NCBI RefSeq assembly: GCF_006345805.1
Contig: NC_043009.1
Location: forward strand, 23,498,001 to 23,562,000
Direction: 5' to 3'
DNA: 64,000 nt
Source: Octopus sinensis
Taxonomy: Eukaryota
Position numbers and translations under genes: made by a program. A model generated the notes under the pieces. The model did not search any database. It was not told the origin of the DNA and saw only the letters and a program-made list of their open reading frames with translations. This document shows positions 1 through 12,722 of this stretch, one piece after another. Position 1 is the first letter of the stretch, and every line of letters begins with the position of its first letter.

Positions 1-22
1 ATGTATGTATGTATGTAAATGA

Positions 23-53
<31 letters not shown>

Positions 54-730
54 TATATGTCAATGCATGTGTATAAACTATGCAACATAGACACACACAC
101 ACACCTAATACTCGATATGTGCATGAGGACAGCATATCAATTACTAAGTTGACAGGTTTATCAGGGGACATCACATCCCAAAGTGCTCATTAATGAAATG
201 ACTCAGGTAGCATTAGATCCGGCTGAGTTAATGCGATTCTCCTCCCACACACACAACTCCAAACTGAACAGATGTGCGGAATTTCCATGTTGACAATTTT
301 GGCTTTGGATTATGTAGAATCTTTATTGTTTCTTTCTTCTTTATTTTCTTTTTTTTTGCATTTTTGTTTTGATCACAGCACCACTCGTGCATGAAGAAAC
401 ATTTTTTGTTTTGAAGTATTCATAGATTTTGAGATGTTGGTAATCGCTATATGCACTAACAGAATTCAAATTTAGAAAGCAGTTAATGGCAACAAGTTGT
501 TCTGGATGATTAGGTCTCTGCTATGATGAGGTCAGCCATAGTGAATATAACTCTTTCCTCCTTTATCGCTTATCTGTTACAGTCATTAGACTGTGGCTAT
601 GCTGGAGTACTAACTTGTAGAATCTTAGTCAAATAAATCAACCCCAGTATGTAACTTTTTTAAAACCTGGTATTTATTCTATCGAATTCTTTTGCTGAAG
701 CACAAATACAGCCAGACACACACATGTATA

Positions 731-2012
731 CACAGACATGCAGGAAATAAATAGACACCTTTAATTTTCAAAATCTTTTATTTAATATGCAAAGCAAACA
801 ATTGAAATGTAGTCGATAGGTAGGACTACATACTTTAGTATTTAGTTGACATTCCCTTTGCAGTTTTTAATTCAGAAACTCTTTTTGGCAATTAACTGAT
901 GAGCTTTGCGATTGTCTCTTGTGGAATTTCTGCCCACTTTTCACACAACAATTGAAACAATTCATCTTTAGATTTAGGTTTCTGTCGAGTTTTTCGTATA
1001 GCTCTCTATCTAGTATGCTCCAAAGATTTTCAATTGGGTTCATGTCAGGGGATTTGCTCGACCAAGGAAGCTTTATGATCCCATTTTCAGTCAGCCATTG
1101 TTGATTCCTTTTCGCTGTGTAGCACGGAGCCCTATCTTCCACGATGAATAAAAACTAATTTTTCGTTATATTATCCTGTGAATACATCAGACACAGTCCT
1201 TGCTTAAGTATTCTGATGTATTTTTCAGAGTTTATGGTTCCAACACATTCGATCAGCTCAGAACGACTATTACTGGTGACAGCCACTCATACCATTACAG
1301 AGATACCACCATGTTTCACAATTGGTTGAGTCGTTTCAAATCTAATTCTTGATTGGGAAGCCTCCAGACCCAAACACGTCCACTGTCTGAAAATAATGCA
1401 AATCTGGATTCATCTGAGACACTCACTCTATCCCAAAATGAACTGGATTTTTCTGACATCTCCTTAGCCCATTTCTTTCTTTTCCTGATATTAATTAGTT
1501 GAAGGAGAGGTTTTCTTCTAGCTGTTCGTCCATAATACTCAAGCTTATGCAGATATGTAACACACGTTCTTGGACTAACTTCTAGCTGTTTTGCAATGTC
1601 AGAAGCCTTTGAATAGGGTTTGTTTTCCACAATTCTCTTCTAACAGCGAAGCTTTCTTTCTGAGGGACTAGGTCGGCCGGGACGAGAATCTGTTGATTCT
1701 TTTCCTTGGCTTTTGAATTGCACTATAATTCTATTAACAGTAGCAAGAGGAATTTGAAGATTTTCAGCAATTTTTTGCTGGCTAAGGACCAGCCTCAGAT
1801 TGTCCAACAATACACCCTCTTTGAAAATCTGACAGTTCTACTGAATTTTTTGTGCGTGGCATGGTTACTCTTTGCAAATGTTTAATATAATGGCACCTGG
1901 AATGAAAACGAATAGTTACATTGTAAATTCTACACCGCTGAAAACATATTAAGACGCTTAGATCAGAAATTTTGAAAATTAAGGGTGTCTATTTACTTCC
2001 TGCATGTCTGTG
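731..2012 (-). mobile_element. Tc1/mariner DNA transposon (DD34E), full length, inactive
   Basis: 44-bp TIRs CACAGACATGCAGGAAATAAATAGACACCTTTAATTTTCAAAAT at 731-774 and 1969-2012 (2 mismatches). TA target-site duplication at 729-730 and 2013-2014. Encloses transposase remnants. Confidence 0.95.
835..1862 (-). pseudogene. Tc1-family transposase, frameshifted
   Basis: Starts ATG at 1862 (MPRTKNSVELSDFQK...). HTH region, then ARRKPLL, SDESRF (D1), EDRAPCY (D2) and SPDMNPIENLW (E, 34 residues after D2). Ends KGMSTKY* at 835-837. Broken into several frames. Confidence 0.92.
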
Positions 2013-2029
2013 TATATATAAAAGGGTAT

Positions 2030-2326
2030 AGAAAGATCCCCTCTGAGGCACAAGTCCAGGCAAAGTTGTTTATGGAAGACCAGCAGTCACCCATTCATAC
2101 CAGTCTCTCCTCTCCACACCACCGATGTTATCCAAGGGAAAGGCAAAGGCCAATACAGCTTGGCACCAGTGACATCGCAACTCATTTCTACAGCTGAGTG
2201 AACTGGAGCCACGTGAAATAAAGTACCTTGCTCAAGAATACAACACACACAGCCAGGTCCGGGTATCAAACTCACTACCTCATAATTGTGAGCCTGACGC
2301 TTTAATCACTGAGCCATGTGCCTTCA
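2030..2326 (-). mobile_element. tRNA-derived SINE, CORE-like head (family E)
   Basis: Minus strand GGCTCAGTGATTAAAGC...GAGTTTGATACCC head and TTCTTGAGCAAGGTACTTTATTTCACG core. Homologous copies at about 18594-18926 (-) and 62781-63110 (+). Confidence 0.8.
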
Positions 2327-3336
2327 CACACACATGATGAGCTTCTTACAGTTTCTTATTTCTTTATTGCACACAAGGGGCTAAACATAGAGGGGACAAA
2401 CAAGGACAGACAAAGGGATTAAGTTGATTACATCGACCCCAGTGCGTAACTGGTACTTAATTTATCGACCCTAAAAGGATGAAAGGCAAAGTCAACCTTG
2501 GCGGAATTTGAACTCAGAACATAACGGCAGACGAAATCCCGCTAAGCATCTTGCCCAGTGCGCCAACGCTTCTGCCAGCTTGCCACCTCTACAGTTCTTA
2601 CAGTTTCTACCTACCAAATTCACCCGCAAAGGTTTGATCGGCCTGAGGCTATAAAAGATTCTTACTCAAGGTGCCATGCAATGGGACTGAACCTTTATTT
2701 ATGTAGTTGGGAAGCATACTTCTTACCACACAGCCACATCTGTGTCTATACAACACACCCATGCCTTCTGTTGTTGTTGTTGTTAATATTGTTGTTATTT
2801 ATACTTTATTACTGGAATTTGTAATCCCTCACTGACTCTAATCATTTTCCAATTCATTTGACTCAGCCAACCAGTATCCTTTAAGCTTAGAAACGGATAT
2901 GGCTGAAGCTTGCTAGAGAGCAAATAAACCAACACCTCTCTCCCTCTCTTTCTACACATCCAAGTATGTGTGTGTGGGGGGGGGGGTATGTATAAATTGT
3001 TGTTTATTACTTGTATAATAATGAGGTAGGACACAAAATTATCGAATTTTCTCTCTTTCTCTTTCAACACAAGAGATAGAGGAACAGCAGGAGATATATA
3101 TAAAGATATATATAGAGAGGAACAGAATATACAGATATATATATAGAGAGATGATAAGAATATGCATGTAAATGTTGTAGAAATGTATGAGTGTGTATAG
3201 GTGTGTGTGTGTATGGATGCATGTATGTATTCTTGCTAGATTGTTTTATATATACAGTTATGTATATAGATATATACATGCATGTATAGATATATAGATA
3301 TGTGTGAGTGTATACATATGTATTGTTTCATTTGCT

Positions 3337-3367
<31 letters not shown>

Positions 3368-3600
3368 AATATCGAAGAATGAGAACAAGTGATCAAGATC
3401 ACACTGATGGATAAATATCATTTGTTGCTAACAAATTATCCAAGATGGAGATGAGTACCAATGTCCCATGAGGTAGGCTTGATAACTGCTGAGAATTTTT
3501 GGCAAGATACCCTTGGTAAATTTCTTAACCAACAAATAACAAATACAGTATATATATATATAAATATACACGCACACACACACACACACACATATATATA

Positions 3601-4028
3601 GGCGCAGGAGTGGGTGTGTGGTAAGTAGCTTGTTTACCAACCACATGGTTCCGGGTTCAGTCCCACTGCGTGGCACCTTGGGCAAGTGTCTTCTACTATA
3701 GCGTCGGGGCCGCCAAAAGACTTGTGAGTGGATTTGGTAGACGGAACTGAAAGAAGCCGTCGTATATATATATATTATATATATATATAATATGTGTGTA
3801 TGTGTTCGTGTGTGTGTTTGTGTATGTCTGTGTTTGTCCCCTAGCATTGCTTGACAACCGATGCTGGTGTGCTTATGTCCCCGTTACTTAGCGGTTCAGC
3901 AAAAGAGACCAATAGAATAAGTACTGGGCTTACAAAAGAATAAGTCCCGGGGTCGAGTTGCTCGATTAAAGGCGGTGCTCCAGCATGGCCGCAGTCAAAT
4001 GACTGAAACAAGTAAAAGAGTAAAAGAG

Positions 4029-4029
<1 letters not shown>
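3601..4029 (+). mobile_element. tRNA-derived SINE with internal (TA)/(TG) microsatellite (family B)
   Basis: GGCGCAGGAGTGGGTGTGTGGTAAG head with B-box-like GGTTCAGTCCC, internal TA/TG tract, GTAAAAGA tail. Near-identical copies at about 12213-12615(-), 13393-13789(+), 14843-15235(+), 18945-19390(+), 23522-23908(-) and 49585-49960(+). Confidence 0.9.
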
Positions 4030-4067
<38 letters not shown>

Positions 4068-4185
4068 GTATGTATGTATCACATATGTAAATGTATGTAT
4101 ATACATATACACACACCCAGACTCATCTAGATTCATAAATGAACATGCAACTGAAAATAAACATCTACATATCTATGAATAGATG

Positions 4186-4216
<31 letters not shown>

Positions 4217-5281
4217 TTCAAGGCGCCAAGAAGTATATGTACACAACTCCCCGAGACAGAAGGGGGCTAAAGATCAAACCAGTACAGCACAAACTCTATT
4301 GTTAACCACAAACAGTGATAAGGCCTGAAAGATTTCATTTTATTTTATTTTATTTTCTCTTATACTGGGTTGTTATTAGTTCATTTTTCTTTTTCTTTTC
4401 TTGCAAACTGTAATGCGATGTCTATTTAAATAAAAACACTTTCTTTAATCTTTTCGTGACTATAATTCTAATGAGGAGGACGTTTACATATTTCATTTTA
4501 ATTTTGAATACTAAGGAGATAGTCAGGAACCTTATGACTTCATAGCTGTGATGCTGTAAAAAGATTTTTACTAAAGCATGAATGTTTAACTAGGAGGAGC
4601 AGCAGCAGTAGTAGTAGTAATGATAATGACTGACTCGCCTCTCCGCCCCCTTGACGATGCATGAGCATTCAGCTTTTACCCAGCGACCTGCAGAAATGAT
4701 CTGTTTATAGTGAACGAATTTAGGGGCTGCAGGGGCTGACGTTGCCTGAACAGGTGCACGGTGTGCCATGCATCAGGTGTTGAACAGGTGCAAAGTGTAC
4801 CACATGTCAGGGGTCAAAGAGCAGAGGAATGTGAGATGAAGTGTTTTGCTCAAGAACACACACCACCTGGTCTAGGAATTGAAACCACGATCTAGTGAGT
4901 GCAACACCCTACCACTAGACCATGCATCCTCACATGGCCTAATAACAACAACAACAATAATAATAATAATGTAACATGCCTTAGGTGTATAAGGGGTGCT
5001 ACCTTAGATCACTGGTAGTGAACAGCTGGCACCATAGTACATCTCCAGTGTTAGAAGCTGTGCAATGACAATAAATAATAATAATAATAATCCTTTCTAC
5101 TATAGACAAGGCTTCAAATTTGTGGGGAAGGAGTAAGACGATCACATCGGTCCCAGTACTTGACTGGTACTTAATTTATCAACCCCGAAAGAATGAAAGG
5201 CAAAGTTGACCTCGGCAAAATTTGAATTCAGAATGTGAAGACGGATGAAATACCACTAAGAATTTTGCTTTGCATGCTAAC

Positions 5282-5329
<48 letters not shown>

Positions 5330-5587
5330 TAATAATAATAATAATAACTCCTTTTTATTATAGGCACAAGGCCTGAAATTTTTAGGGGTGGGGTCAAGTC
5401 ACCAATATCGATTCCAATTTGCAACTTGTACATTATTTTATTGACCCTCCAAAAGAATGAAAGGTAAAGTAGACTTTGGTGGAACTTGAACTCAGGATGT
5501 AAAGGCAGACAAAATATTGCTAAACATTTTGTCTAGTGCAGTAACGATTCAGCCAGCTTGCCGCCTTAATAGTAATAATAATAATAA

Positions 5588-6245
5588 GAGCACTCAGAGA
5601 GCACAAACCTCCGCAAAGGCAACATCAACATCATCTCAATGATTAGCCGGAGATGATTTTTAAAATGAGAATATCTGAAATAAACTCGAATGCTCTCACA
5701 AATGAGAATTCTAAAAATGAACCTGACCACTCTCAAAAATTAGGTAAAAAAAAAACAAAAAAAAAAAGGAAAAATAAGCCAGAATCCTTGTTTGGTACCA
5801 GATTGATCCAAAAATCTAATCAGTTCGTGCCAGTCACGAGGCCAAACATCCCTGAAAGTTTCATCCGAATCCATCCAGTGGTTCTTGAGATATCTTGTCC
5901 AGGGACAAACAAATAAACACAACTGAAAACAATACATATTTCTTTATTACCCACAAGGGGCTACTTACAGATATATATTTCTTTACTACCCACAAGGGGC
6001 TAAACATAGAGGGGACAAACAAGGACAGACAAAGGGATTGAGTCGGTTACATCGACCCCAGTGCGAAACTGGTACTTAATTTATCGACCCTGAAAGGATG
6101 AAAGGCAAAGTCGACCTCGGCGGAATTTGTACTCGGATCGTAACGACAGACGAAATACGGCTACGCATTTCGCCCAGCGTGCTAACATTTCTGCCAGCTG
6201 GCCGCCTTCAACTGAAAACAATACCTCTGCCTTCCAGTTATTGGA
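5588..6245. mobile_element. Helentron-associated (HINE/DINE-1-like) non-autonomous element, interrupted by a SINE
   Basis: Begins AGAGCACTCAGAGAGCACAAACCTCCGCAAAGG. Has an ACAA-type repeat near the other end and ends GAAAACAATACCTCTGCC. This layout resembles Helentron-associated elements; the family call is inference. Confidence 0.5.
5936..6208 (-). mobile_element. tRNA-derived SINE with Meta-like core (family A)
   Basis: Minus strand GGCGGCCAGCTGGCAGAAATGTTAGC head and core GTCGACTTTGCCTTTCATCCTTTCAGGGTCGATAAATTAAGTACCAG. 16-bp TSD CAACTGAAAACAATAC at 5920-5935 and 6209-6224. Roughly 30 whole or partial copies in the window. Confidence 0.9.
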
Positions 6246-9019
6246 AAATATCACCTTTCCTGCAAACAAGTGGCTATCTATTGCTTACTCTTCACTACTT
6301 TCACTTCAACATATATTTATCATCAACCACCATTCAAAGCCTTATCCTTCATTCACTATGTCCCCACCCTTCACTTTTTCTCCATCCCTAACTATTCCTC
6401 ACCCACCCCATATACTCTTGCAGCCCCACTCACTCACACACACTATTCTTTTTTCTCCATTCACTACAGTTCCCCTTGAAAGTCGAGCCTGACACCTCAA
6501 CACCACCATTTTATCTCTCTTTTAAGCTCAACTCTGGTTACTTCCATCCACTCTTCTACACAATGAGTAACCATGTAGCTCCTCTGCAGCAAAAACCTAC
6601 TCTGCTCTGGCCCCTTCTTACATAGTTTAAACCCCCTCATCTCCTAGGACAAAGCCACTTCACTCTTTATTGTGGCCCTACCCATTTGAAAAGGATCTTA
6701 GTTTTGCATGTGGCATAGCAACCTCATTAGGGCCGATGTCATGCAAAAACAAAAAAAAGCTCACAGTGCACACTGTACAGCGATTGGAGTTAGGAAGGGC
6801 ACCACACCAAAGATGACTTTGGATCACAATCGATTCTTTAGAACTGTCAGATTGTGTCAAATCATCCAACCTATGCTAGCATGGAGGAAAATGGATAACA
6901 AATGCCGATGAGGATGATGATGGTGGTGGTGATGATGACTGGTGATGATGATGATGATGATTGTGGTGATGATGACTGGTGATGATGATGATTGTGGTGA
7001 TGATGATGAGTTATATAAAAGCTTGCAATCATGTTTACTACAGTTCTTGCTACATGTGAATTTTGGGCATTTAAAAGCTAGCAAATTTTAACAAAGGAAC
7101 CAACATGTGTGATAGATTAATCATTGGTTTCTTTGTAAATGGTCATCACATGATCCATGATTCAATTGTAAAGCAGTTGTGAGGATTTCTTAAACAACAG
7201 GAAAGTAAAAAGGCAAGATTAATTAATGGTCCATGCATGAAATTCATTTCCTCCTGTGTTTCCCAGTAAAACTGCCAAAAGTTTCTGCCTCATAATTTTA
7301 CAAACACACACCACACACACACACACACAGAAGTGATGATTACTTAAAGTGGATGAAACTTGTGGAAGAAGGAGACCCAGGAAAATGAAGTATTGAAGGC
7401 CAATCTCAAGACCCTGACCCTTACAAAGAAGATGACATAGAAGCGAGGTATCTGGGGCTTTGCTGTACTCAAGAAAACCCATTCATCATAGCAGAATTGA
7501 AACTGGTGCTGGCGCCATGTTAAAAGCACCCAGAACACTGTGTTGTTGTTGTTGTTAGGAAGGGCATCAAGCTGTAGAAACCATGTCACAGCAGACAACT
7601 GGAGTCTGAGGAGGCATTACCAGCCCTTAAGAAACTGCCCAGCTCATGCCAGTATGAAAAACATGTTAAATGATAATGATGACACCACACACACACACAC
7701 GCACACCATATATAAACATAGACATCATCACCATTTAATGTTCTCTGGCCATGCTGGCAACGGTTGAATGATTTGAGGTGGGGATGGGATGACAGAAGAC
7801 TGGGTTAAGCTCCATCTGCTTTGGCACAGTTTCTCTAGCTGGATGCTCTTCATACAAATACATACATACATTTCTGCTTTTTTTTTCATTCTTTCTCCAT
7901 TTTCCCCCCTCCTTTCTGTCGAAGAGCTTACACATCAAAGACATATTCATTCTTCCCAAGTGTCAAACTAATACTTCTGCTTATTCCCTCACCTGTCTTC
8001 ATCTTTTGTTTTCTGTAAATTTGAACCAACACACACACACACACACACACTGTATATGTGTTGTGATTGCTTCATTTTGCTGTCTTGGTGAAATCATGCA
8101 GCACCCACCCCACCACACACAAACACATGTGCATGTGCATATATAACCATTTCTGGAAAAAGCTTAATGTCAATGACACAAAAACCTATTGAATGCAATA
8201 CCGTCAAAATTTGTCACGTTGCTTATCTTATACAATCAAATCAATATCATAAAAAAAAAGAAGAAAAACCCATCACGAGAGAAAACACCAGAAAGACAAA
8301 TAACTAGCAAGTAAAACTATCTTACCCTGGGTAGATTTCTGACTGGATACACATCTTTTATCTGTTGCTCGTTCCAGACATTTGATTGCAGCCATGCTGG
8401 GGCACTGCCTTGAAACTTTTGTTGAATGTATTAACCTCAGCACTAATTATTTTTTAAAGCCTGCTTACTTACTGTACCAATCACTTTTGCCAAACTGCTA
8501 AGTTATGGTGACATAAACACACCAACACCAGTTGTCAAGTGGTGATGGGGGATAAACACAGACACAAAGACATGCGCACACACACACACACACACACATG
8601 ATGGGCTTCTTCCAGTTTTTAATTTCTTTATTCCTCTCAAGGGGCTACACACAGAGGGGACAAAGACAGACAAACGGATTAAGTCGATTATATTCGACCC
8701 CAGTGCATAACTGGTACTTAATTTATCAACCCCGAAAGGATGAAAGGCAAAGTCAACCTCGGCGGAATTTGAACTCAGAACGTAGCAGCCAACGAAATAC
8801 CACTAAGCATTTCATCCGGCATGCTAACGTTTCTGTCAGCTAGCCACCTTTCAGTTTCTGTCTACCAAATCCACTCACAAGGCTTTGGTCAGTCTGAGGC
8901 TATAGGAGAAGACACTTGCCCAAGGTGCCACACAGTTGGACTGTACCCTGAACCATTTGGTTGGTAAGCAAGCTTCTTACCACACAGTCATGCCTGCATC
9001 TTATCTCTGTGTGTATGTG

Positions 9020-9078
<59 letters not shown>

Positions 9079-9079
<1 letters not shown>

Positions 9080-10120
9080 TAACTTAAGGTGACCCGCTCT
9101 ATGCGCGGGTAAGAGTGTGGTTGTTACTTTCTTTCAGCACGTAAAAAGCACCATCTGAACGTGGCCGATTGCAGCACCGCCTTGACTGGCTTCCGTGCTG
9201 GTGGCATGTAAAAAGCACCAACCGATCGTGGCCGCTACCAGCCCCCCTGGAACCTGTGCCGGCGGCACGAAAAAAGCACCCACTACACTCACAGAGTGGT
9301 TGGCGTTAGGAAGGGCATCCACCTGTAGAAACACTGCCAGATCAGACTGGAGCCTGTTGCAGCCACCTGGCTTCCCAGACCCCGGTCAAACTGTCCAACC
9401 CGTGCTAGCACGGAAAACGGATGTTAAACGATGATGATGATGATGATTCTCCCTCTTTGTTTCTCTCTCCCTTTCCCACTCTCTTACTTTTCTTTTCTCT
9501 CGGACTCTCCCTTGCTTTCTCTTACTCTCTATCTTTATCTATCTCTCTTCCATTTATAAACAACAAAAGATCTTGAGTAAGTTGAGAAATAAAATATTGG
9601 AAACCAAAGTTTGAAGGGATAGAATCTGAGGATAGTAGAGTCACCATGGCTGGCATTTCTTAATGACGGACAGCAACGTATTGACAGTTTAACAGCTGGC
9701 GTAAAATTTTGAACTTGATGTAAAAGAAAATTCCTAAACACCAAGTTTTGAAGTGATTCTTTCTCACGACAGTAGACTCACCATGGCAAGCATTCAAAAC
9801 TTTTTCATCATGGACGGCAACACATTGACGATTAAAAGGCTGGCGCAAACTTTTTAGCTTGATGTAACAGAGAATTCCTAAACACCTGCTCCTTTAAATT
9901 TTAATCCCCTTCCAGCCCCAGTTAGACCCTTTTTCACATTTTGGTTAATATAACCCAATTTCATTTGGGTCTACTGGAGCCACATTTTATAAGATGAGGA
10001 ATTTTGTCCTAGAGGTCACGCCTTTCATTTGAGGAAAAAAATAGTTGTCATGCAAACTTGCCAGCACTTTTAACGTAGGTGTGCATATTTTCAGCTCAAC
10101 CGACCACATAATGCACACAT

Positions 10121-10189
<69 letters not shown>

Positions 10190-10964
10190 ACGCATTACAT
10201 ATACAAATGTATACAAGTTATATATATATATATGAATAAATAAAATTAGAGATAAAACCACTAATAGGCAAATCAAACAGTGAAAAACAAAAAACAAAAA
10301 TATAATATACAAAATATATAAAATATAAAATTTAAAAATTTAAATTATTAATTTATATTTATAATTTTTAAAAAAATATATATAACTATCAAAAAGGATT
10401 AAAAAGTTTAATATACATAAATACAGATATATACACTTTGTATATATACATTATATATACATATTTATATATAGAACACACACACACACACAGACACACA
10501 CATATATAAATGAACCCAATAAATATCTGATTCATAATATTTGTTCTCATGATTGTGTGGTGGTGGTGGCGATGATAATTCTCTCTATGAATGCAGACAG
10601 ACATAGAGAGAGAGAGAGTGTGAAAGCGCTGTAGAAGGCGAGGAGGAGGGGGATATAGAACGCTGTTTGACGAAGTTATAAAGAGAAAGTGAAGGGGAGT
10701 TCGACGCCGTTATCGATGTTATATATAGAAAGTGATGGGGGGAGGAAATAGAGTGAGTGATGGAGGAAGACAGATACATAAAAGAATGAGAGTCGACTTG
10801 TCAAAGTGGGTTTTTGGTCCTAGCAATGACACCTTTTAAGATAGGCATCCTCACCTCATTTTACATGTCCCTGTAAATTTTGGAGTCAATCTGACGGGAT
10901 CTAGTGGCCTTTAAACCGTTCCAGACAAACAAACAAACAAACTTTTCGCAATTCAGTTTTATAA

Positions 10965-10967
<3 letters not shown>
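9079..10967 (-). mobile_element. Non-autonomous Helitron inserted in an (AT)n tract
   Basis: Minus-strand 5' A|TC at 10967 followed by (GTTT)n. 3' GC-rich hairpin ACCCGC-N7-GCGGGT (9092-9110) about 12 nt before a TTAG|T end at 9079. No TSD, A/T insertion site. That both ends belong to one copy is inferred. Confidence 0.7.
9135..9447 (+). mobile_element. SINE-like retroposon with AGGAAGGGCATCC motif and (GAT)n tail (family D)
   Basis: Internal GGCACGTAAAAAGCACC repeats, GGCGTTAGGAAGGGCATCC motif (resembles RTE-clade UTR), ends GTTAAACGATGATGATG. Copies at about 15455-15670(+), 28420-28806(-), 59850-60270(-) and 62395-62760(-). Confidence 0.8.
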
Positions 10968-11001
<34 letters not shown>

Positions 11002-11258
11002 CACACATACACACATACATATATACATACATAAATATATGCTGACACACACACACACGTGCATACACACATGTATGCACATCACAATGTGTGTGTGTGC
11101 ATGCATGCATCTATGTGTGAGTGGCTGTAGGTTGAGGGGGATGTCATTACCATTTCAGAAATTGCTTTTCAGATACAAATTCTGAAATCTCCTATGAGGC
11201 CCTGTATAGTCTGCTTGGCTGGCAGATGATACGTGTGCTTATGTGTAGATAGATAGAT

Positions 11259-11295
<37 letters not shown>

Positions 11296-11298
11296 CAG

Positions 11299-11343
<45 letters not shown>

Positions 11344-11409
11344 TAAATATATATGTATATTTACATGTACATGTGTGTGTGAGTATGTATATATATGTGT
11401 GTGTGTGTG

Positions 11410-11452
<43 letters not shown>

Positions 11453-12420
11453 CAGCATAGAAAAATAGGCATTATGCTGATGGTGGTGATGATGATATCA
11501 ACTATCGCAGACACTGACATTCCTGACTTAAAAAAGAAAGAAAATACAAAAAAAAAAACAAAAGGAAAGAAATTACTACAGCTATGTGTTGACTGAACTT
11601 TACAAGAAATTAAAGGAATGTAATGTTAGAGAGATAAAATAAGTCACTTTCTCAGTTAATGAATAAATGATTAAGCACACTGACTAATATATACACACAT
11701 CACTCGACACTACAAGGAACAAAATTAATGTCACTCACACTCAAATAAAATCTATGACACATGATAAGTATGAAATGTGTTTCATACTCTAATGAAGAAA
11801 GAGGTCATACATAATCTGTTAAGTATATTAAGTAAAATGACTGATTTACCACTTCAGTGTTTTATGGTTTATATAGGAGCAGGCATGGCTGTGTGGCTAG
11901 TAAACTAGCTTAGCAGTCATGTGGTATCAGGTTCAGTCCCACTGCGTGGAATCTTGGGCAAGTATCTTCTACTGTGGCCCAAGGATGACCAATGTCTTGT
12001 TAATGAATTTGGTAGAGGGAAACTGTATGGCAGACCATTGTGTGTGTGTGTGGGTGCGTGTGTGTGTGTGTGTGTGTGCTGAAAAGTTACTGGCTTTAAG
12101 GATATCGTGAAAGGCTTGGTTGGAGGCCCAACTTTCAGAGTTCCTTTATAGAGCTTAAAAACACCTGAAGGACCACTGTAATGAGCATGTGAATCTAAGA
12201 GGGGAATATATTACTCTTTTACTTGTTTCAGCCATTTGACTGCGGCCATGCTGGACCACCACCTTTAGCCGAGCAAATCAACCCCAGGACTTATTCTTTG
12301 TAAGCTTAGTACTTATTCTATCGGTCTCTTTTGCTGAACCTCTAAGTTACAGGGATGTAAACACACCGGCATCGGTTGTCAAGCAATGTTAGAGGGACAA
12401 ACACAGACACAAACATATAC

Positions 12421-12453
<33 letters not shown>

Positions 12454-12689
12454 CACATATATATGACGGGATTCTTTCAATTTCTGTCTACCAAATTCAC
12501 TCACAAGGCTTTGGTCGGCCCGAAGACACTTGCCCAAGGTGCCACGCAGTGGGACTGAACCCGGAACCATGTGGTTGGTAAGCAAGCTACCTACCACACA
12601 CCCACTCCTACGCCTGTGAATATAATCATAATTAACTGATCCTCCTGTATTTTCTTTTACCCAAAGCTAGGAACTTTTCAGCACCCACT

Positions 12690-12722
<33 letters not shown>

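Noticed and set aside
8321-8365. Possible minus-strand micro-exon ending in a GTAAG donor
   Set aside because: The translation does not resemble the expected RING-H2 exon and the acceptor side overlaps a SINE tail.
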